Shown one piece after another: positions 1 to 9,924 of a stretch of DNA of 64,000 bases. The DNA comes from Spirochaetia bacterium (GTDB lineage Bacteria > Spirochaetota > Spirochaetia > Treponematales > Treponemataceae), in the NCBI GenBank assembly GCA_900769325.1, contig CAAGGF010000077.1, forward strand, positions 43,281-107,280, in the 5' to 3' direction. A program made the translations under genes and the position numbers. Positions within the stretch are counted from its first letter, which is position 1. Every line of letters begins with the position of its first letter. The notes beneath the pieces were generated by a model that made no database searches, was not told where the DNA came from, and was given only the letters and a program-made list of their open reading frames with translations.

Positions 1-1
1 T

Positions 2-118
2 ATTCTGGATTACAATTCTTCTCTAGACATAGAACTTACTCCTATCATAGATTTTTCGCGGCTTGAAAATGTTATTGTTGTAAATATGAAAGAAATTAAC
101 GAGTCAAAGGAAAAATAA
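2..118 (+). CDS. mreC: Rod shape-determining protein MreC, C-terminal fragment (truncated by window start)
   Basis: Frame from nt 2 reads ILDYNSSLDIELTPIIDFSRLENVIVVNMKEINESKEK*; PxxDFSRLExV is the typical MreC C-terminus; directly upstream of mreD. Confidence 0.8.
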   Translation: MLDYNSSLDIELTPIIDFSRLENVIVVNMKEINESKEK

Positions 119-120
119 TT

Positions 121-624
121 ATGTTCAAATCGTTTTTATGTTCTTTTTTAATTTTACTTTGTTCTGTAATCATAGAAACATCAATTCTGTCTAATATTTC
201 TTTTCTTCCGGCTGTTCCTGATTTAGTTATGATTTGCGTTCTTTATTTTTCATTTTTAAATGGCAAAAATTACGGTCAGGTTTCAGGTTTTCTTTCCGGA
301 CTTTTACTTGATTTTCTTTCCGCTTCACCTTTAGGTTTCAACTGTCTTTTTAGAACTGTAATCGGTTATCTTTCAGGGCTTTTCAGAAAAACTATAAATT
401 CTTCAGGTATTATCGTGCCTTCGATTATCGGATTTTTGGCAACGATTTTAAAAGTCTTTTTAATATGGCTGATTTCTCTGTTTTTCAAATCAATTAAAAT
501 TTATAATATTTTTACTTTTTCTTTTTTGTTTGAACTTGTCATGAATGTTTTGCTTACTCCTTTAATTTTTAAATTCCTCAATTCGTTCAGGCGAATTTTA
601 AATATTCACGCAGAGGAACTGTAA
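121..624 (+). CDS. mreD: Rod shape-determining protein MreD
   Basis: 167 aa hydrophobic; PDL...G..SGLLLD..S.SPLG motif; between mreC and PBP2. Confidence 0.9.
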   Translation: MFKSFLCSFLILLCSVIIETSILSNISFLPAVPDLVMICVLYFSFLNGKNYGQVSGFLSGLLLDFLSASPLGFNCLFRTVIGYLSGLFRKTINSSGIIVPSIIGFLATILKVFLIWLISLFFKSIKIYNIFTFSFLFELVMNVLLTPLIFKFLNSFRRILNIHAEEL

Positions 625-625
625 G

Positions 626-2491
626 ATGAATTTTTCTGATAAAAAGTTCACAAAAAATTCAAGGCTTCTCATAATTCAGATAATTATTGCAGTTCTTTTT
701 TTAATTTATGTATACACACTTTTTTCTCTTCAGGTCTTAAAAGGAAATGAATACCGCAGCCAGTCAAAGACAATTTCAAGTCAGGTAAAAATAATTCCGG
801 CTGACCGTGGAGAAATTTTTGACAGAAATGCAATGCTTCCAATGGTCATCAATTCAGATTCTTTTGCGGTTGAATTAACTCCTGGTGAAATTCCTAAAAA
901 TCATTACGACACCGTTACTTCAAAACTTGCAGCCCTGCTTGGAATTTCAAAATTCGACATTGATAAAAAAATTCCTCCTTCAATGAGAAATTCGTATTCT
1001 TCAATTCAGATTAAAGCAAATGTTCCTTTTGAAACGATTTCAAACATTGCGGAAAATAAAACTGATTTACCCGGCGTTTCATGGATTTCAAAACCGATTC
1101 GAAATTATGTTGAACAAGGCTCGATTTCCCATGTTGTAGGATATGTAGGTGATATTACCCAGGACGAACTTAACAGACTTTACAATAAAGGCTACACAAA
1201 AAACAGTATCATCGGAAAAACAGGAATTGAAAGCCAGTATGATGAATTCCTTCAAGGGACTCCCGGAAGGGAAAGCAAAACTGTCGATGTCCGCGGAAAA
1301 ATTATTTCAGATGCACCTATAATTCAGCCTCCAAAAATGGGAAATAATCTTGTCCTTACGATTGATTCTACAATTCAAAAACTTGCAGAACAGACGCTTG
1401 GAAATAGGGTAGGGGCAATCGTCGTTTTAAAGCCTTCTAACGGCGAAGTTCTTGCGATGGTTTCATATCCGTATTTTGATCCGAATATTTTCAACACTGA
1501 ACAGGCCGGAGAATATCTTCAAAAACTTTCTTCAGACGAACAAGGCCGCCCTTTGATAAATCGTGCAGTAAATGCAGTTTATCCGCCAGCTTCAACTTTT
1601 AAGATTGTAATGTCAACTGCAATGCTTCAGGAAAATGCTTTCCCGAATGACAAAAAAATCGAATGTAAAGGACGAATGGCTTACGGAAACAGGATTTTCC
1701 ATTGTCATATAAAAACTCCAGGACACGGCTGGCTTGACATGAAAAACGCATTTGCACAGTCATGTGATGTTTACTACTGGATTATTGGGCGAGATTACCT
1801 TGGAATAAACAAAATTGCCTCTTATGCACGCGAATTCGGTTTTGGTCAGAGTGCACAGATAGATCTTCCAAGCCAGCAGACAGGATTTGTTCCGACTGCA
1901 GAATGGAAAGAAAGGCGCTATCATGAAAAATGGCTCGGTGGAGATACGATGTCGGCATCAATCGGGCAGGGGTATTTGCTTGCAACTCCTTTACAGCTTG
2001 CGGACATGGTTTGCATGGTAACAAATTCTGGTATTGTCTATAAACCTCATCTTTTAAAAGAAGTGCGCGATTCGGTTACTTCGGAAGTTTTGATGGAAAC
2101 AAAGCCGGAAATTCTTTTAAAATCTGATATTGACAAATCTGTATGGAAAGAAATGCAGGAAACTATGCGCTACATGATTACAGACGGAACTGCACAATAT
2201 CCTATGAACAACAAAATCGTAAAGGCAGCAGGAAAAACTGGAACTGCAGAAGTTGCTCCTTATAAAACAAGCTGGCACTCGTGGATGGTCTGCTATGCAC
2301 CTTATGATGCTCCCGTTGAGGATCAGATAGTTATTTCTACGATTGTTGAAGCCTGTAATCCGTGGGAATGGTGGGCACCGTACGCAACTAATATTATTCT
2401 TCAGGGAATTTTTGCAAAACAGACTTATGAACAGGCCGTGAAGGACTTGGGCTTTACATATCTTATGAAAAACAGAAACAGGCAGGAATAA
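626..2491 (+). CDS. mrdA: Penicillin-binding protein 2 (class B transpeptidase)
   Basis: N-terminal TM, RGEIFDRN, GKTGIE, SxxK (STFK), SxD (SCD), KTGT motifs. Confidence 0.95.
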   Translation: MNFSDKKFTKNSRLLIIQIIIAVLFLIYVYTLFSLQVLKGNEYRSQSKTISSQVKIIPADRGEIFDRNAMLPMVINSDSFAVELTPGEIPKNHYDTVTSKLAALLGISKFDIDKKIPPSMRNSYSSIQIKANVPFETISNIAENKTDLPGVSWISKPIRNYVEQGSISHVVGYVGDITQDELNRLYNKGYTKNSIIGKTGIESQYDEFLQGTPGRESKTVDVRGKIISDAPIIQPPKMGNNLVLTIDSTIQKLAEQTLGNRVGAIVVLKPSNGEVLAMVSYPYFDPNIFNTEQAGEYLQKLSSDEQGRPLINRAVNAVYPPASTFKIVMSTAMLQENAFPNDKKIECKGRMAYGNRIFHCHIKTPGHGWLDMKNAFAQSCDVYYWIIGRDYLGINKIASYAREFGFGQSAQIDLPSQQTGFVPTAEWKERRYHEKWLGGDTMSASIGQGYLLATPLQLADMVCMVTNSGIVYKPHLLKEVRDSVTSEVLMETKPEILLKSDIDKSVWKEMQETMRYMITDGTAQYPMNNKIVKAAGKTGTAEVAPYKTSWHSWMVCYAPYDAPVEDQIVISTIVEACNPWEWWAPYATNIILQGIFAKQTYEQAVKDLGFTYLMKNRNRQE

Positions 2492-2497
2492 AATTTT

Positions 2498-3820
2498 ATG
2501 GAAGGAATTGCAAAAAAAATTTTCGAAGTTTTTGATTACATTCTGCTTTTGTGCGTTTTAATTCTTGTAATTTTAGGAATTGCTTTTATCTATTCTTCAG
2601 GGGTGAATTCTGAAGGTGTTTTGGTCACAAACGAATACATAAAACAGATTATCTGGGCATCTATCGGACTTGTTTTTCTGATTTTTTTTGCATTTTTTGA
2701 TTACAGAAAATTTGAAAAAGGCATCATTTATTTTTATTTCGGACTTTTAGCCGTTCTTTTATATACAAAATTTTTCGGGCGTTATGTAAACGGAGCAAGA
2801 AGCTGGATTGGAATAGGTGAATTTGGAATTCAGCCTTCAGAATTTGGAAAACTTATTTATACAATCATGCTTGCAAAATACCTTTCTTCTTCCGAAAATG
2901 AACAGCCTTTCAAACGCTTTGTAATTTCAACAATGATTTTTATATGTCCTGTTCTTCTCATTCTTCTTCAGCCTGACTTAGGAACTGCAACTGTTTATTT
3001 TCCGATTTATTTTGTAATGTGCTTCCTTGCCAGAATAAAATTAAAGTACTTAGGTTATGTTTTAGGAATAGGTGTCTTGACAATTCTTTTTACAGTTCTT
3101 CCTGTCTGGAATGAATACATACTTTCAAAGCCGATTCTTGCCATAAACGCACTTTCAAATAAAAATATTAAAATCATTATTACAATAGCAACGCTTACGA
3201 TTACTTTAATGGGTTTCGTTTTTAGAAGATATTTTCACGGACCAAAGTATTTTTTCTGGATAACTTACGCATTCAGCATTATAACATGTGCACTGATTTT
3301 TTCATCATTTACGGGAAAAGTTTTAAAAGAGTACCAGATTCAGCGCCTTATAGTTTTTCTAGATCCTTCCATCGACCCGAGAGGTTACGGATGGAATATA
3401 ATTCAGTCAAAAATTGCAATCGGTTCTGGAGGAATTTTCGGGCGTTCTTTTTTAAACGGAACTCAGAGCCATTACCGTTTTCTTCCAGAACAATCTACAG
3501 ATTTTATTTTCAGCATTTACACCGAAGAAATGGGCTTTTTAGGCGGACTTATAGTTTTTATTCTTTATTTTATAATTATGACAAGAATCGTAATTATTAT
3601 CAAAAACACTTCGAATAAATTCGGAACTTACATTGCAGGCGGAATTCTTGCAATTTTTATGATTCATTTTTTCATCAATACTGGAATGGTTATGGGAATA
3701 ATGCCGATTACAGGAATTCCGCTTCTTTTTATGTCATACGGTGGTTCATCGCTTTTAATGGCAATGAGTGCAATCGGTCTTATGATGAGCATAAGATACA
3801 GAAAATATAATTTTTCTTAA
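2498..3820 (+). CDS. rodA: SEDS peptidoglycan glycosyltransferase RodA
   Basis: GARSWI, QPSEF, QPDLGT, LPEQSTDFIFS, PITGIPL..SYGGSS motifs; follows mrdA. Confidence 0.95.
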   Translation: MEGIAKKIFEVFDYILLLCVLILVILGIAFIYSSGVNSEGVLVTNEYIKQIIWASIGLVFLIFFAFFDYRKFEKGIIYFYFGLLAVLLYTKFFGRYVNGARSWIGIGEFGIQPSEFGKLIYTIMLAKYLSSSENEQPFKRFVISTMIFICPVLLILLQPDLGTATVYFPIYFVMCFLARIKLKYLGYVLGIGVLTILFTVLPVWNEYILSKPILAINALSNKNIKIIITIATLTITLMGFVFRRYFHGPKYFFWITYAFSIITCALIFSSFTGKVLKEYQIQRLIVFLDPSIDPRGYGWNIIQSKIAIGSGGIFGRSFLNGTQSHYRFLPEQSTDFIFSIYTEEMGFLGGLIVFILYFIIMTRIVIIIKNTSNKFGTYIAGGILAIFMIHFFINTGMVMGIMPITGIPLLFMSYGGSSLLMAMSAIGLMMSIRYRKYNFS

Positions 3821-3821
3821 T

Positions 3822-3873
3822 AAAATAAATAGAGAAGATAAAAAGGAAAAAAAGAATTTTTCTCTTTTATTTT
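3822..3873. terminator. Possible imperfect AT-rich hairpin between convergent rodA and mfd
   Basis: AAAATAAATAGAGAA (3822-3836) pairs imperfectly with TTCTCTTTTATTTT (3860-3873). Confidence 0.3.
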
Positions 3874-3949
3874 GGTTTACAGAACCTATCTTATACAAAG
3901 AAATAAATAATAGAATAATCCCTTAATTTGTTTTGGAAAAATACATTTT

Positions 3950-6900
3950 TTACATCAGTTTTTCAAGAATTCTTCTTATGAAATCGCTTTTTTCTTTTAA
4001 ACCGACTTTGCCTGTGATAAGTTTTATGACATTCGGTTTTGAAGAGTCAAGCTGAATGAGTTTTGGAAATTCTGCAATTGCTTTCATAAATTTATCAATA
4101 TTTATGCTGGAAGTTTTTGCAAATTCAATAAATGCACAGCCGTTTCTTTCTTTTATTGATGAAATGTTTAGTTTTGCACAGATAATTCTTATTTCAGCAA
4201 TTGACAGAAGGCTCAAAACTTCATCAGGAATCGGACCGAATCTGTCTTCCAGTTCTCTGTACACTGCATCAAATTCAGAACGGTATTGAATTGAAGCAAT
4301 TTTTTTGTAAATTTCCATTTTTGTCTGGCTTGATTCAACATAAGAATCAGGAATAAAACCTGAATATTCTAGTTCAAGAAGGACTTCTGAATCTTCTTTG
4401 TAGTCTTTTGATGCCATAAGTTTGTTGACAGCCTCATTTAAAAGACGCATATACATATCAAATCCGACTGTGTAAACATTTCCTGACTGGTCTTTTCCCA
4501 GTAAATTTCCAGCTCCGCGAATTTCAAGATCTTTCATGGCAATTTTAAAGCCGCTTCCAAGTTCCGTAAAATCGCTTATTACCTGAAGCCTTTTCATCTG
4601 AATTTCAGTAAGAGCTTTATTTTTCGGGTAAAAAAGATAGGCATACGCTTTTTTATCGCTTCTTCCAACGCGCCCTCTAAGCTGATAAAGCTGTGATATT
4701 CCGTACATGTCTGCACGGTCGATTATAATTGTATTTACATTCGGAATGTCGATGCCGTTTTCAATAATCGTAGTTGCAACAAGAATGTGAAAACCGCCCA
4801 TTTTAAATCTTCTGAAAATATCGTCAAGCTGTTCACTCGTCATCTGTCCATGGGCAACATCGATAAGCATTTCTGGAAGAATTTTTTCAAGTTTAGCCCT
4901 GATTTCATAAAGAGATTCAACTCTGTTATGAAGATAAAAAACCTGCCCGCCCCGCTCGACTTCCTGTCTTACGGCTTTTGCAATTTTTTCATCTGAAAAT
5001 TCTTCGATAAATGTTTCGACTGGTTTTCTGTTTTGCGGCGGAGTCGTTAAAAGGCTCATATCGCGGATTTTCAAAAGACTCATGTGAAGCGTTCTTGGAA
5101 TAGGAGTTGCTGACATTGAAAGACAGTCGATGTTGTTTTTTAAAACTTTTAATTTTTCCTTATCTTTTACGCCGAACCTTTGTTCTTCATCGATAATCAT
5201 AAGTCCCAGATTTCTGTATTGAACATCTTTCTGGATAATTCTGTGAGTACCGATTAAAATATCAATTTTTCCTTCCTGAAGTTCTTTAATGACTTTCTTT
5301 TGTTCTTTTGTAGAAACAAAGCGGGAAAGATGCCTGATTGTAACTGGAAAATTCTGAAAACGCTCGAGGCAATTTTCGTAATGCTGTTCAGCAAGAATTG
5401 TAGTCGGAGCAAGAAAAGCAACTTGTTTTCCGCCTATTACTGCTTTAAAAGCGGCTCTCATTGCAATTTCAGTTTTTCCGTAACCGACATCACCGCAGAT
5501 GAGCCTATCCATTGGAACAGGTTTTTCCATATCTTGTTTAATTTCTTCTGTAACTGTAATCTGATCCGGCGTATCTTCGTAAGGAAAATCCGCTTCAAAC
5601 ATCGCCTGAAGTTCAGTTTCTTTTGGAAAAGCAAAACCACGCGAGGCTTTTCTTCTTGAGTACAAGTCAATCAGTTTTTGTGCAAGAATTTCAACGGCTT
5701 CACGGATTTTATTTTTTTTGTTTTCCCAGATTTTACTTCCGATTCTGTCTAAATGAGGTTTCTGCCCTTCGCTTCCAATATAACGCTGAACTAAATTCAC
5801 CTGTTCAATCGGAACAAAAACAAATTCTTCGTCTGCGTATTCGATTTTTATGTAGTCTCTTTCGTTTCCAAGTGCTTTTACTCTGTCTATTCCCCGGAAA
5901 AGTCCTATTCCGTAATTTACATGAACTACATAATCTCCAGTATTTAAATCGATGAAAGTATCGATTGCACTGCTTTTTACATTTGAAAAATTTTTCGGTG
6001 AATATTTTTTCCGTTTAAAAATTTCGTTTTCCTGAATGACTTTAAGTTTTATTTCAGGAATTACAAAGCCTTCGGAAATTGATTTTCCAAAAATTGAAAG
6101 CGGATTTTTTAAACTTTTATCGGTGAACGATTTTAAAATTTCGTTTACACGCAAAGCCTGATTTTCGCTGTCGGCAAATATAAAAATTTTCCAGCCTGTT
6201 TCAAGTTCTGCTTTTAAATCATCTTTTAATAAATTTATGTTTCCAAGATATGAAATGTTGGAATTTGACGGAATTAAGATGTTTGTTTCATTTTGAGAAA
6301 TATTTTCACCGTTTTCTTCAGTCAAAATTGACCTGAATTTTACGTATTTTTCAATTTTTGAAACTATATCATCGAAAGAAAAAAACAGTTCTTGCGGCGG
6401 AAGAATACACATCTCTTTTCTGAATTTTGAGTAAAGCCCTGAAAGTTCCCTGAAAAAACTTTCCTGAAAATTATTCAGCCTGTCAAAATCCATCAAGAAA
6501 ATCGGGAGATTATTTGTGATATAGTCTAAAATAGTATACTTTTTATCCCAGAGAACAGGATAAAAAAATTCTTCGCCTTCAGATTCTTTTTTTTCACGCA
6601 AATTCAAAAGAAGTGTTTTACGGTATTTTTTTGCTTCTTCTGTAAAAGGGAGTTTTCCATGGAAATCATCCTCTATTGAATTATTTGAATCGGAAAGTTT
6701 TTCTTCAAGAATATTTATAAGTTCTTCATTCCAAATAACCTCTTTCATCGGATAAATAAGAATCGAATCTAGGGTATCTAAAGTAGTTTGGTTTTCGGTG
6801 CTAAAAGACTTGATTTTTTCAATTTGGTCAAAGTCAAAAATAATCCTCACCCCGTTTTCAGAATCAGGAAGAAAAATATCTAAGACTTCTCCCCTTAAAC

Positions 6901-7549
6901 TGAATTCTCCTTTAACGGAAACTTTAGGAACTCTCATATAGCCGATGGAAGAAAGTTTTTCTGCAATTTTTACTGTATCGATTTTTTGCCCTTTTGAAAG
7001 ACTAAAAACATTTTCAAGGATAAATGACGGAGGCGGAAGGGGGCTCTGAAAAACGCGCTGAGTTAAGATGAAAATTTGAGGTTTAGCGATATTTGCATTT
7101 TTTCTTGCGGCAAGTTTTGAAAGAAATCCCGCCCTTTTTCCAAAAATGACAGAACCGGAAGGAATGCTTTTGTAAAATACTGTTCCCCAGTCAGGAAGAA
7201 TATTTACGCTTACATCTTCGCAGATTGTAGAAAAGTTAAGTTTCAATGATTCTGCTTCTCTTTCTGATGGAACAACTATAATTATGTCTGAAATTTTAGA
7301 CAAATCTTCTGAAAATTGCTTTTTTGAGTTTACAGAATATCCGCTTTCCTTTAAAACCTTTAGCTGGTTGTATTTTAAATAAGAGCGGTTTAAAAATTCT
7401 GCAAGAAAAAAAGATGTAAGAGAGCCTTGCATTCCGGTTATATTTACAGGAAAAACAGTTGAATTTTTTAAAAGAACTTCAAGTGCAGATGAAAATTCTT
7501 TATATGATGAGAGGATTTTTTGAATGAAATTTGTTGATAATGTATTCAT
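3950..7549 (-). CDS. mfd: Transcription-repair coupling factor Mfd
   Basis: UvrB-like GEFSLRGEVLDIF, CarD/RID GDYVVHVNYGIG, GDVGYGKT, DEEQRFG, SATPIPRT, QLRGRVGR, DLEIRGAGNLLG. Confidence 0.97.
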   Translation of the reverse strand: MNTLSTNFIQKILSSYKEFSSALEVLLKNSTVFPVNITGMQGSLTSFFLAEFLNRSYLKYNQLKVLKESGYSVNSKKQFSEDLSKISDIIIVVPSEREAESLKLNFSTICEDVSVNILPDWGTVFYKSIPSGSVIFGKRAGFLSKLAARKNANIAKPQIFILTQRVFQSPLPPPSFILENVFSLSKGQKIDTVKIAEKLSSIGYMRVPKVSVKGEFSLRGEVLDIFLPDSENGVRIIFDFDQIEKIKSFSTENQTTLDTLDSILIYPMKEVIWNEELINILEEKLSDSNNSIEDDFHGKLPFTEEAKKYRKTLLLNLREKKESEGEEFFYPVLWDKKYTILDYITNNLPIFLMDFDRLNNFQESFFRELSGLYSKFRKEMCILPPQELFFSFDDIVSKIEKYVKFRSILTEENGENISQNETNILIPSNSNISYLGNINLLKDDLKAELETGWKIFIFADSENQALRVNEILKSFTDKSLKNPLSIFGKSISEGFVIPEIKLKVIQENEIFKRKKYSPKNFSNVKSSAIDTFIDLNTGDYVVHVNYGIGLFRGIDRVKALGNERDYIKIEYADEEFVFVPIEQVNLVQRYIGSEGQKPHLDRIGSKIWENKKNKIREAVEILAQKLIDLYSRRKASRGFAFPKETELQAMFEADFPYEDTPDQITVTEEIKQDMEKPVPMDRLICGDVGYGKTEIAMRAAFKAVIGGKQVAFLAPTTILAEQHYENCLERFQNFPVTIRHLSRFVSTKEQKKVIKELQEGKIDILIGTHRIIQKDVQYRNLGLMIIDEEQRFGVKDKEKLKVLKNNIDCLSMSATPIPRTLHMSLLKIRDMSLLTTPPQNRKPVETFIEEFSDEKIAKAVRQEVERGGQVFYLHNRVESLYEIRAKLEKILPEMLIDVAHGQMTSEQLDDIFRRFKMGGFHILVATTIIENGIDIPNVNTIIIDRADMYGISQLYQLRGRVGRSDKKAYAYLFYPKNKALTEIQMKRLQVISDFTELGSGFKIAMKDLEIRGAGNLLGKDQSGNVYTVGFDMYMRLLNEAVNKLMASKDYKEDSEVLLELEYSGFIPDSYVESSQTKMEIYKKIASIQYRSEFDAVYRELEDRFGPIPDEVLSLLSIAEIRIICAKLNISSIKERNGCAFIEFAKTSSINIDKFMKAIAEFPKLIQLDSSKPNVIKLITGKVGLKEKSDFIRRILEKLM

Positions 7550-7638
7550 AAAAAACTGCCGATAAAAATATTATGAGGCTCCTTTTTTAAGTGCCTTTGA
7601 AAAAAAAGTTTTCAAATAATTCGTTTTGGAGAACTAAA

Positions 7639-8613
7639 GTGAAAAAAATTTATTCAATTTTATCAGTTTTTTTAATTCTTGGACAGATGATTTTTGCTCA
7701 AAGTGCAAATTCTGAAAAAGAAAATAAGGCATATTCACTGAAAATTAAATTTTATAATAAATCAATGTATTACCCGGAAACTCCTGAATCAAATCCGATT
7801 TTCATTCAGGTTTCAATAAAAAATACATCAAACGAAACATTGCGTTTTAAACTGGCAGACGACAGGGCATTCAGTCTTGACTTCAATGTTTATACAATTC
7901 AAAATAAGAAACTTGAAGAGACTGAAAAATTAAAAATCAAGCGAACTTCAGATCAGACTGTTTATTTCAGGGAAATCGCTCTTGAAACCGGTGAAGAATA
8001 TTCTTTTGTTGAAAATTTAAAAGATTACATTGTAATTTCAGAGCCGTCAGTTTATTATTTTGACCTTACTTTTTATCCTGAACTTTATAAATCAAGGTAC
8101 AAAAAACTTTCTTCAAACCGCCTGACACTTGAAATTAACCCGGAACTTTCAGCGGCAAGTTCAAGTTCACTTCCTGTAAAAGCAAAAACTGCAGAACTTT
8201 TAATCCCTGAAGAAATTGCACCTGATAAAGTTGTTGAACAGACTATTATCGCTCGCCAGAAATCTCTTTGGGATCAATTTTTTCTTTACATCGATGTTGA
8301 AGCAATGCTGAAAAGAAATCCTTCGTTACAGCGAAAATATAATGATTCAAATCCAGAAGATCGGGCAAAAATGATTCAGGCTTTTAAAGCTGATTTAATG
8401 CAGAATAAAATTGAAAATGATATCGTTGCAATTCCAGAACGGTTTGAAATCAAAAGAACAACTTACGATAAATCTGCAGGAACTGTTGAAGTAAATCAGT
8501 GGTTTAAGTACCCTACTTTCAGTCAGAAGAAAAAGTACCTTTATCAAGTCAGACAGCATGAAGGAATCTGGAAAATCGTTGATTATTCAGTTACAAATTT
8601 AGGAACGGAGTAA
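7639..8613 (+). CDS. Exported hypothetical protein
   Basis: Probable GTG start at 7639 with GGAG SD (ORF track starts at 7591); signal peptide KKIYSILSVFLILGQMIFA. Confidence 0.75.
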   Translation: MKKIYSILSVFLILGQMIFAQSANSEKENKAYSLKIKFYNKSMYYPETPESNPIFIQVSIKNTSNETLRFKLADDRAFSLDFNVYTIQNKKLEETEKLKIKRTSDQTVYFREIALETGEEYSFVENLKDYIVISEPSVYYFDLTFYPELYKSRYKKLSSNRLTLEINPELSAASSSSLPVKAKTAELLIPEEIAPDKVVEQTIIARQKSLWDQFFLYIDVEAMLKRNPSLQRKYNDSNPEDRAKMIQAFKADLMQNKIENDIVAIPERFEIKRTTYDKSAGTVEVNQWFKYPTFSQKKKYLYQVRQHEGIWKIVDYSVTNLGTE

Positions 8614-8623
8614 TTTTTGTTAA

Positions 8624-9001
8624 ATGAAGAAAAAAGCACCAAAATTTTTCTGCGAAAACTGCGGAGAAGAAGTAAAAGAAAATGCAAAAATCTGTACTCA
8701 CTGCGGGAAATTTTTTACGAATATCCGGTGTCCTAAATGTTTTCATCAGGGAGACTCAAAGGAATTTAAAAATGGCTGCCCAGAATGCGGCTATTCAAAT
8801 GCTAAAAACAATTTTAATCAAAAAGAAGAAAACGAAAGCAAGAAATATAACGGAAACTTTTTTAAAAATTATATAGAAAAATATTACCCTGAACAAAATA
8901 AAAAAAGCCGGGAAAACTCATTACCGGCATGGATTTATATTTTTACGCTTGCTGTTTTAGTTACAATTATAATTGCATTTTACAGTTGTCTTATAAAATA
9001 A
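8624..9001 (+). CDS. Double zinc-ribbon protein with C-terminal membrane anchor
   Basis: Four CxxC pairs (CENC, CTHC, CPKC, CPEC); hydrophobic C-terminal helix. Confidence 0.8.
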   Translation: MKKKAPKFFCENCGEEVKENAKICTHCGKFFTNIRCPKCFHQGDSKEFKNGCPECGYSNAKNNFNQKEENESKKYNGNFFKNYIEKYYPEQNKKSRENSLPAWIYIFTLAVLVTIIIAFYSCLIK

Positions 9002-9085
9002 TACCCGGCACGAGACTTGAACTCGCATGAGCAAATGCTCACCTGGACCTGAACCAGGCGCGTCTACCAATTCCGCCAACCAGGC
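9002..9085 (-). tRNA. tRNA-Leu (anticodon CAG), CCA not encoded
   Basis: GCCTGGT TG GCGGAATTGGTAGACGC G CCTGG TTCAGGT CCAGG, long variable arm TGAGCATTTGCTCA, GCGAG TTCAAGT CTCGT GCCGGGT A; cloverleaf with A73 discriminator. Confidence 0.95.
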
Positions 9086-9097
9086 AAATGTAGAATT

Positions 9098-9126
9098 ATT
9101 ATATACAAAATTATTTTTCAGGTCAA
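9098..9126 (-). promoter_or_regulatory. Sigma70-type promoter of tRNA-Leu
   Basis: TTGACC (9126-9121), 17 nt, TATAAT (9103-9098). Confidence 0.8.
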
Positions 9127-9183
9127 GCATAGAATTTTCTTTGAATTCTCTTCTGAATTTTCTTTGTAGTTTTTTTCTAAAAA

Positions 9184-9924
9184 TCATTCATCGTAAAAAA
9201 AAGAAACATTTTGATTTGAAAACGGATTAAAAAATTCAAGAGAAACGGCTTTAAACTTTAACTTTTCTTTTAATTCTTTGTTTTTTGCAGAAAAATTATA
9301 TAAACAGTCGTTTTTTACGGGAATGCACGCCCATGCTAAATGCGATCTCACCTGGTGGCGGAATCCTTGCGTTATTCTGCATTGAACATTAAAAGATTCA
9401 TTAGTTTTTGAAAGAACTTTCACTTCTGTTGTGTATTTTTTTTTGCTTCCGACTTTTTTTAAAGAAAATTTTCCTGATTTTTCAGTTACCGGTCTGACTT
9501 CCTTTAAATCTTTTCCATAATGCCTGAAAAACGAAGAAATGGTAAATTGATTTGAAAGCTCAATTTTTTCTTCTGGAAATCCTGAAAGAGATAAAGTGTT
9601 TTCGCATAAATAATCGCATTCAGCGTTATAAGTTTTTATAAATTTTCCCTCTTTTTGCTGAATCTGAATAAAATCATAAAATTCCTGATTTAAAGCAATC
9701 AAAAAAATTCCTTCTGTCAGTGTATCAAGCCTGTGAACAAGACCGAATTCGCACGGTTTTATGCCACTTACATTTTTTATCTCCGGAAAAAGTTTTACGG
9801 CAAAAGAAAGAGCATTTTCATCGTCTGAAAAATCAAGGGGTGCACACGGAAGAAAAGGCGGTTTATAAACAATAAGAAAAGGATTTGTGCTGCTGGGATT
9901 ATTTAAAATTTTTATTTGATGCAT
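9184..9924 (-). CDS. RluA-family RNA pseudouridine synthase (no S4 domain)
   Basis: YKPP, HRLD catalytic motif, GFRHQVRSHL. Confidence 0.85.
   Translation of the reverse strand: MHQIKILNNPSSTNPFLIVYKPPFLPCAPLDFSDDENALSFAVKLFPEIKNVSGIKPCEFGLVHRLDTLTEGIFLIALNQEFYDFIQIQQKEGKFIKTYNAECDYLCENTLSLSGFPEEKIELSNQFTISSFFRHYGKDLKEVRPVTEKSGKFSLKKVGSKKKYTTEVKVLSKTNESFNVQCRITQGFRHQVRSHLAWACIPVKNDCLYNFSAKNKELKEKLKFKAVSLEFFNPFSNQNVSFFYDE

Noticed and set aside
9002..9050. tRNA 3' end as integration site (att)
   Set aside because: No duplicate of the tRNA 3' end or integrase seen; flanks are core-type genes
8957..9230. ORFs 8957-9187(-) and 9027-9230(+)
   Set aside because: They overlap the tRNA-Leu gene and its promoter
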